A DNA stretch of 64,000 nt, from NCBI RefSeq assembly GCF_006345805.1, contig NC_043009.1, positions 49,538,001 to 49,602,000 on the forward strand, written 5' to 3'. The first letter of the stretch is position 1. Every line of letters starts with the position of its first letter. A program made the position numbers and the translations under genes. Below are positions 54,412 to 64,000 of this stretch, piece after piece. The notes below the pieces were generated by a model. It saw only the letters and a list, made by a program, of their open reading frames with translations, had not been told where the DNA came from and searched no databases. The stretch comes from Octopus sinensis (Eukaryota).

Positions 54412-56526
54412 CACACAAACACACACACATTATATGGTTGTTTAAATTGGATATAACAGATTTTGTCTCCATCCCTGTTTTGAACATTGTTGTAGCTATG
54501 TTTCTGTTTAGAAATTGCAAGAAAGCTAACTCACCACCTTATGTATATGTGTATATAGATGTATACATATACATTACACGCATAAATATAATAGTGTGAA
54601 GGAAAGAACTCTCCTACATATTATAGAGGACAAAAGGAAGAGAAAGAAAGAATTGAAGGCTGACACAGGAGATTCATGATTTTGGTTGATAATTTTTTTT
54701 TTGCATTATTATTTATGAAAAAATGGTAAATGAAGAAATATACAGAAAGAAAAAAAGAGCCAACAATTCTATTCTCTAACAAAAGCAACATCACTAAACC
54801 AAACAAGGTAGAGGAGAAAAAAATAAAGGGAATGAAAAGGTGAGAGGGAAAGAGCAAGAGAGAGAGGGGGAGAAAATAAAGACAAAAGAAATAGAAAATC
54901 AATATCGTGGAAAGATGCAAAGCGAAAGAGAGAGAGAAAGACAGCGCGAGTGAGAGACTGAAAGTGAAAGTAGATAGGGGGAGATAAGCTACACAGTGGA
55001 ATATTCCAATCATGTAGCATTTCAGGTGGAAGGTTCTGACTTATTCTATAGAAAAATGTAAGAATAATGGTTGATTTAAACTAACAGAGGCATTGATTTC
55101 ACAAAACATATAGCACCAAGTCAAAATTCTACAAGTTTCATGGAAGAATTCAAAGAAACCATTTTGTCTTCTATTTGCACAAAGCCATATAACAACACTT
55201 GTATGTTTTTTTCATTATTTTTACTAATATATATATATATATGTTTTATTTTGACCTAGTGGTACAAGGATCATGATGAAAATTAAAATAAGGTAGTCAC
55301 AGATGTTGGCGTTATGAATATATATATATTTCTTGATGTTCTATTGAAACGATTCAGTTTTATTTGTTGCATTTAAATGTTTTTACTCTCTAAATTTGTT
55401 TGATTAAAACAGTTCCCAATTCTTCAATGTTTCAGTATATATTTTTTCTTTTTTTCTGCTTTTTTTAATTTTCTTTACACTTTATGGCAAAGACAAAGAA
55501 TAAGAAGTGGGAGGGAATACCACAAAGAAGAAATAAAGAAACTGGAGAACAGTGAAAGAAAAATTCTGAAGGAAAATAATTATAAGTGAAAATATTTTCC
55601 TAAAGAGAAAAAAAATTATTTCAATTATTCATTTTGTTAAATATTCTGGGAACAATGTTTCCAACTACTTCTTTTGCCTTTCATTCTATTCTTTTTATTC
55701 AATTTTGTTTAATGAATTTTGCAATAAAAAATAAATATAAAAGGTGGAAAATGGAAAGGAATGGCTCTGAATTAGTACATAATTGCTGGTACTTTGACAG
55801 CGTTTGTTGTAAATACAAGACAAGCATTATTAGAAGTGTATAAATTATGTTTTGCAATGAGGTTATCAAAAGCACATATGTCAAGTCTCTTTGCAGCAGT
55901 ATATTTAGACAGATACAGGCTGTGAGGTTAATGAAGGAAGAAATGAACTTTGCTGATCCTTAACATGAATATTACAAACAAACATAAATAAGAGAGAGTT
56001 TTCAGGGGAAAGTATAAATGTGAAAAATAGCAGTAAAGAATAAAATAAATCAATGAATCAAAGTATTTCAAGGGGGCATATTTAAGGGAAATAATATATT
56101 TATTTATATAGGTCAGTCAGAGGACACACACATGCACACAAAGGAGTGCACAATCACAGTTAGTTAAAGAAATAATCAAAGACGTGGGTTACTTAATGAA
56201 GCATTCAATTAGCATCTCAGCCTGTAGTCATATCATTTTCAAAGAGAGAGAAGGGTCTTAAAGATTTACTACTTTTAATATGTGGCACTTGTATTTTTTT
56301 TCCAGAAGAAAAGGAAGATTTTATGCATTGTAAATTGAACAGATAAGGTAACTTCATGTAATCAACTACACAGGTTTCTGTTACATTCATTAAAAGATAG
56401 AGGAGGGACAAAAGAAGAATTGGTGTTGAAACAGCACTTCACATCTAAATTCTAACCAGTTTATGAATATAAACATATTATGTAAATATATATATGTATT
56501 TATGTGTGTGTGTATATATATATATA

Positions 56527-56668
56527 TCATCATCATCATCGTTTAACATCCGTTTTCCGCGCTAGCATGGGTTGGACGGTTCGTCCGGAGTCTGGGAAGC
56601 CAGGGCTGCACCAGGCTCCAGTCTGATCTGGCAGTGTTTCTACAGCTGGATGCCCTTCCTAACGCCAA

Positions 56669-56670
<2 letters not shown>
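56527..56670 (-). mobile_element. Family C SINE-like 3' fragment interrupted by (TA)n
   Basis: Near-identical to the reverse complement of 1550-1700, with an (ATC)n tail. Confidence 0.85.
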
Positions 56671-56758
<88 letters not shown>

Positions 56759-58918
56759 GGGAGTGAGAGAGATATTCATTTGCTTTTATGTCCTTTTCTC
56801 ATAGTTTTCTGCATAGTTTTATAACCAAATGTCCTTCCTGTTACTAAACTTTATCAGTTTTTCAGTAAGTGATGTCTTATTCCACATTTTTTTTAAGGTA
56901 CAAAGCCAGCAGAAATGATAACATCACAGCTTGTAGTTCAATAATTTCCAGAGAAGCACAAATATAAACAAACACAAACACATACACAAAAGATGTTTCC
57001 ATCACTTTTTGCCTCCCAAATTCTCCTGAAAAGTTTTGGTCAACTCAGAGGCTATAGATGGTTTCATTTAAAGTTACATACTATGGAAATTGACCATCAA
57101 ATGTAGGAAGTGGTGCTGCATCAGCAGTAACAGTAGTGGTAGTAGTAGTAGTGTGACAGGAAGTGAGTAAACTTTACTAGGTCTCCATCAATCATACAAC
57201 CATCATTTTTAAGAGACAACCTCTAAATATTTTAAGCCATACAGGGAGCTGATCTCTCTTCTACAACTTCATTCCTCAGACAGAATGGCTACAGATTTGT
57301 CCACCCCACCCTATGTACCATACCCTTTACATTTAAAAACCACGAATAAGAATTGCAGTCAATAACCTGCATTATCCGATGCCACAACTCAGCTGATGGG
57401 ATAAAGTATTGCAAAAACAAAGGAAAAAAAAAGAAAGAAAATTTTAATAGAATATATATACTACTACATATACACTCATATGTAGGAACACATATATCCC
57501 TACCCTACTAACTCACTCTCTGTCTGTCTCCCCACTAAATCAATGTGGGCAAGTGTGTATACACATACACACACACATACTCACATATTAGGCAAGGAGA
57601 CTTTATTTGTTTTTTTCTTTTTTAGTATACTAGCATAAAGACTTTGAGTAACACTAACATTTACAGAGACATCACAAAAACTAACTGCACTATTACTACC
57701 ACCTCCACCAACGACAACCACCACCTATCCATCCTGCCAGCCAGGCAGCCAGTCAGCCAGCCATTTTCCACACAGAAAGGGTCAGTAAAGACACTTGAGA
57801 AATTCTAAACAGTTAAGTCGAAAACTGCTTCTGCCAAATTCAGATTGTTATAGAGGGTAAGTGGTACTAAAGGAGTAAGTACATACAAGTACACCAGAAT
57901 GTGAACATTGCAGTGAGGGAGGTGGGGGATGTGGGAGTGAATCAAGAGACAAACTTCTTTTTTATTTACTTATTATTATTTTTTTTTTGTCTTTTTTTTT
58001 TACATAGAAATGTAAATCTAGAGAAATATGGGGGTGAGAAAGACAGGAGCATGACAGCAACACTCTGTAAATACCAGTTACCACTATGGGGATATGGATT
58101 TCATTTGGAAAAAAAAAATGCACAGATGATGATGACAACATTTGCAGTAACAGCAGCACCATCATCATCACCACATTAGACTGAAACTATGTCAGACCAT
58201 CCCCACCTCACCGCAACCATAAAAACAAACAAACAAACAAAAAACAAAAAGAACCTCCCAGCTTATGTCAAATTCCAGCATAGCTTGATTTCTGGAGTGT
58301 CAGAAACATTAGGTGTCTCCTTCAAAATACGCAACCTTTTTATTTAAGATGCCCATAGCAGTGCTTGATGTTACCTCTCTGAATAAATAAATAAATAAAT
58401 AAAATTCTCTCCCCTCCTCCTCCTCCTCCCAAATAGAAAATGACGACAAAGCCCATCTCCCACTGCACCCCCCACCCCAAAAATACATCCTACAGATATT
58501 AATGTGAGGTAGAACATTTTACTAAATTATTTTGAAATTTCTCCCTCCCCTCCCAATAACATACCATCATCATTCCATCATATTTTTGCTTATTCTTCCC
58601 AAACCACCCATCCACATACTTCCTTCCGCTCATCTCCTCCACCCCATTTCTTTTGTACTTTTGATTTGCCCGTTTCTTTATATCAAACTAATCCCTTTTT
58701 TCCAAGATGAAGAGAAAACACTAAAAAAACAAAAAAAAGCAAAAAATAAAAAAAACACACCCACGCACCAACTCCCCCACCTCTGCCATTCCCACTAACA
58801 CTCACCTTTGTCTACATCATTTTGCATATAGTGTTCTATTTATGACCACCACCATACCACCTACTACCATTCTCCTTATGCACCTGACTACTACAACAGC
58901 CACTGTGTGTATGTGAAT

Positions 58919-58961
<43 letters not shown>

Positions 58962-59649
58962 ATATATATATATGTGTATATATATGTGTATATATACACA
59001 TATGTATATATATACACATATATAATATATATACACATATATAATATATATACACATATATATATATATATATATAACATCCCCTCTTTTCTGTCTCATC
59101 ATCATTATTTACTATTACTATTATTATTTACATTTCCCTTTATGAGAATCAATTAGAGGGCCAAGTCGAAGAGACACATGGAGTAGAAATCCAAAGAAGG
59201 GAAAAAGAAGTGAGGCATTGCCTAGCTAACAAAAGGATATTACAGGAAGGAACTAGGGGTCGGGGTAAGAGAGTCAGGAGAAGAATTTGGGTACCCATTT
59301 TCTTCTCTTTCTTAATAAAATAAAATGAAATTGTGGTTGTAAAGGGAAAGAAAAATAGATTCCTTAAAATCTCACAGAAGAAAGATAGTTGAAGACAAAT
59401 AACAACAGATAGCTTGACAAAGGTGAATTGAACAAGGGTGTATGGGAGAATAAAAAAAGAAATGGAAAACCAGGCGAAAGAGAAGGAGTAAATAATAAAC
59501 AGATGTAAAACTGAAGAGTATAGAGAACCAATGTAAGATTTTAAGCTTATGAAAAGCTATGGCTGGCTGTGTTCTTTCAAACCATATCTTCTTTTGGCTT
59601 TTGTTCCCTCTCTCCACATAACTCATTTTACACACACACACACACACTG

Positions 59650-59840
59650 AGTTAGCAGAATCATTAGCACACAGGCATAATACTTAGCAATATTTCTTCA
59701 GCCTCTTCGTGTTCTGAGCTCAAATCTCGCCTAGATATCTTTGCCTTTAATCTCTTCAGGGGCAATAACACAAAGTACCAGTCAAGTACTGGAATTGATG
59801 CAATCGATTTGCACCTCTCTCCTCAAAATTGCTGGCCTTA
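59650..59840 (+). mobile_element. Old diverged family B-related SINE
   Basis: gagttagcagaatcattagc...gttctgagctcaaatctcgcc...aaagtaccagtcaagtactgg resembles family B. Confidence 0.6.
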
Positions 59841-61412
59841 AAACCCTGCAAAGAACCAGTATCCTGTTCAAGAGTATTCTGCAATTGTGGTCATTTATAT
59901 TCCAGTGAAATGGTTAACTAGCCTTAGAAGCCCCCTAAGGCTCAAGAATAAGACACACACACCCATTATGTGAATGAATGTTTAAATTTTACAAATGAGG
60001 TGGTGGTGACATGTTCCAAGACTTATTTATGGAAGGGCTCATATATTTATTTGAATCTGGGGTTCATGTTTCTTTGGTGCCACTTATAGGTTCCGATATA
60101 AACAGGAAATGTAAAACTGAGTAAAAAGAAGCAAGGTCTCAGATTCATTAAATAAATACTCACACAGTAGAATGTGTGTGTGTGTGAAATCACATATTAT
60201 TTTACTAGTTGTGGTGTTTCTTGAGCCCTAGTACAACTCTGATCAAGTAAACCTTTTTATTAAAAACCATCCATCTCTCTCTTCTTTATGTACATACACA
60301 GACCAATGTATTCTTTATTCATAATTATTGGTGTGGTTTAGTGGAGAACAGGATGCTGTTTCAGTCAGGTTCAAACAACCACATACAGCATTCATCATTG
60401 GTACATTCTATTTTGCGTTTCAGTTAGTGGACAACTGCTTTCTAGGGTACAGTTAATTATATGGACATTGGTACTCATTTTATCAACCTCAGAGGAGGTT
60501 GAATAGAAAAGCGTATCAGACTGGAGTTTGAACTCAAAGCATAAAGAAAATAACTAAATGCCACACGGTATTTTCCCTGACAGTCTGTCAATTCTGATGT
60601 TTACACAAGCACACACATGCCTTTCTCTCCCTCTCTCTAAATGCTTGTGTTTGTATATGTGATTGGAGACTAATACTACACAAGGTCAATGCTATACTCT
60701 TACACTACAACTCTCCCCTAATCATCTCACTTCTTATACTTTTTAAAAAAAATTTAATTAATTTTGTAATATTTCTTTAACCTGGTATTGGTGTTTTCTA
60801 GAATAAATCTTTCTCACCACTCATGTGTGTGTGTATGTGTATATACACACACACACACATTATATATATATATATATATGCACATACACACACACACATT
60901 ATATATATATATATATATATATATGCACATACACACACACACCTAAGTACAGCTATACATACTTGTATAAATGAAATACATAACATTTATTACAACACAC
61001 GCACGCACACATACACATATACTCATAAATTTAAAATGGAAAAGACAAAAGTGAGTTTTTTTTCAGGATACTTAATGGAAAATTAAAAAGATATCCAGAA
61101 AGTCAATATATCGAATCTTCATTTTTAGTCAGTGTTACCCCTCTCATTCCTTACTCAAAGTGACTCTCTAATATATTCAAAAAGAAACCAAATTCTTATT
61201 CTTATTCGTATTCTTTGCCTCTACATCATCTCCTACTCTATAATCCCCGACCACCGCCCAACATTTTTCTTCCACTCTCGAAATCTTCAATTTATCTTTT
61301 TTTTTTTTTTGGTTTTTTTTTTGTGTTCATTTGCTTCTTGTTTCCTCTTTTATTTTTCTCTCTTATTGAATGATTGCAGGTAATTCCTGGCCAACACTGA
61401 GAAAAAATTTCA

Positions 61413-61452
<40 letters not shown>

Positions 61453-62042
61453 AAAGAGGGAGAGAGAGAGAAAAAAGGGGTATGGCACAGAAATAAATGG
61501 AAGGTAGGGATGGAATGGGATGGAATAGAATGGAACTCACATGGCAAACAAGCCTAAGAGACTGAGGCTGTCAAGAAGTAGAAAATTCCTATCTTAGACA
61601 TGCAAAAATGAAAAAAAAGAAAATTGTAAATGGCAATAAAAAAAACAAAACAATATCAATAAATTGTAAACATAAACAATAAAATTTTATGATCACAGAT
61701 AAAATTAAATATAAACAAAAACAAGGACCATTTTTTCTTTAACCCCCACCCCACCTACAGCCCTCTCTGTCCCTCCCTAAACCTTGAAACTGAGATGAAT
61801 TCAATGGCACATACATGCATATATATATATATATATGTATGTATATATATATATATATATATATACATATATATCTTAGGGACAAGAAAAATTACAAAAA
61901 ACAAAACATTACTACTCTACTCTTCACAATATTATTCATTAAATTACCAAAATAAATTATATATATACATACATATATATATATATCTATATGGATGTAA
62001 GTATGCATGCAAATGTGTGTATGTATGTGTATGTGTGTATAT

Positions 62043-62083
<41 letters not shown>

Positions 62084-62603
62084 TATATACACACACATAC
62101 ATACACACCCATACATGATCATACATATACACACATATATATACACATACATACATACATACATACACAAAACTTAGAAGTAAAACAAAAAAAGAGAGGG
62201 AGGAACTAAAATAGATAAAGCGACAACACGACCGACATTCGACAGCAATAACAACAACAACAACGACGACAACAAAAACAGGAGAATGAAATAAAATTGC
62301 AAGAGTTCAAAAGGACTAAGTCAGGTTGGAAGCTTTTAAAGTAGAAAACATTCCACAGCAGAAATCTACAGTTATTCTCAAAAGCAGCAATGCAATATGC
62401 TTTTACATGATTCCTCTACAGATTAATGTTACTTACTTCTAGTCACAGAGAAACAAAGAACGGTACAAGAACTTTAGCAAATTGATCGTTGGAGACAGAG
62501 GAAGAGGAAGAAGGAGGTGGAGAGGGCAAGTTTGGAGAGAGTGGAGGTGCAGGAGGGCAAGGAGATTTTTCTCAATGTGTTTATGCTTGTTTGTGTGTGT
62601 GTG

Positions 62604-62642
<39 letters not shown>

Positions 62643-62781
62643 AGTGGGTTGGGGTTGTTTAGGTTTTCTTTTAAATTTATTTATTATTGCTTTTGTTTTT
62701 TTTTGGGGGGTTTTTAAATCTTATAGGATAACTTATGTTTGCACTCTTCAGGCAGGCAATTTTGATGATGACAACAACAAC

Positions 62782-62819
<38 letters not shown>

Positions 62820-62929
62820 TAACACCCATAACAAAATCAAGATTACAAAAAAAAGAAAAAGACCTAAAGTAGACAAAAATAAAGGGAAAGAGGAATGATG
62901 ATGTTTGATAAAAGGCAGATCACAACTAC

Positions 62930-62935
<6 letters not shown>

Positions 62936-62988
<53 letters not shown>

Positions 62989-63005
62989 AAGCAGCAGCAG
63001 CAGCA
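62936..63005. repeat. (AGT)n(AGC)n array
   Basis: Directly visible. Confidence 0.95.
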
Positions 63006-64000
63006 AAGTCTGGCACAGAGTCTTATTGTAGCAACCTCAATTACTAGTGTATGCTAGTGTACATATATATATATACACAAACACACACAAATGTACTAGT
63101 AATTACTTGAAGATGGTTCAATCTCTGGGTTTCTACTGATTTAATGTAAAAAGCCAAATCTTATGCTAAGTCCTCCCCTCATTATGTCCTGCGCAAAACA
63201 GAAACCATAATCTTAAACAGACCTGACTAAATCCCAGGATGACAGCAAGCTCACTAGAGGGACAGAATAGTTACAACTGAACGATACAATTTCAGAATAA
63301 GGAGACCAACAATTCTTGCAATTTGGGCCTCGGATGCCTGATATAATATGCGTGCTCGTGTACTTGTGTGTTTCTGTGTTTTTAGAAAGTGCTGGTCACA
63401 AAGCAATGTGTAAACACTAAAATAACTAAGTAAAAAAATGTAAAATTTATGTTGCAGTGTTAGCACAAGAAATTCTTTTTTTATTTCAAGATTTAGCATA
63501 TCAGTTGAAGAAACAATTTTGAATTTCAAAAGCAACGCCAATTTTCTAGGGATTTTAAAATGTTGTTGAAGTTGCCTTTGTTGCTATTTTACATCTTGTT
63601 TCCATGTTTAACATGGCAGTTTGTTGGTGTAATTGTTTTAACGGCTGGGGTGGATGCCTTTTGTATTTTTAACCACTACTCAAATATGAAATAAGCGTAC
63701 AATATACTTCGTTTCTTTCCTTTTCATTTTTATCAGTCAAAGTAACTGGAGACAGTTTATGTTATATATGTATATATTGCTCAGAGTATGACATTATTAC
63801 TGTAATACACTTTGAACTCACAACCAGATGGTGAGAGTTTCAGTACCCTAACATCACAATCAGATAGGTATCACAATTTGATAGCAGGGAATCTAGCTAG
63901 GAACTAAATTGTCAAACTAAATTCTATGTGGTGACTTTGTCATCCAACTTCTTCTGTTTATATTTTGAATCACTTTGAAAGGATAATTGAAGGTTTCCAA

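Noticed and set aside
57775-57865. Strong AGG/GTAAGT donor with an upstream CAG acceptor (81-nt segment)
   Set aside because: Stops occur in all three frames; it could only be non-coding, and there is no other support.

Overview
This is AT-rich, microsatellite-dense animal genomic DNA, intronic or intergenic. It is most likely from an octopus (inferred from my recognition of the tRNA-derived SINE families; no search was run). It has no bacterial-type genes, rRNA, CRISPR array or complete protein-coding gene, and almost all supplied ORFs are translations of (TA)n/(TG)n/(AG)n/(TACA)n repeats. Supported content: many SINE copies from about 4 families; two 3' ends of a CR1-type LINE, one fused to a SINE head; a decayed RTE-clade LINE fragment; a non-autonomous Helitron/HINE-like element; a 1.43-kb tandem duplication; a SINE flanked by a 141-bp direct repeat; and a few weak splice-signal-defined exon candidates. 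The most notable signal is two different fold-back elements (47427-47595 and 53845-54072). Each carries two head-to-head minimal type I hammerhead-ribozyme motifs of the kind known from Penelope-like retroelements. One has an intact catalytic core and a compensatory base-pair change between its two arms.
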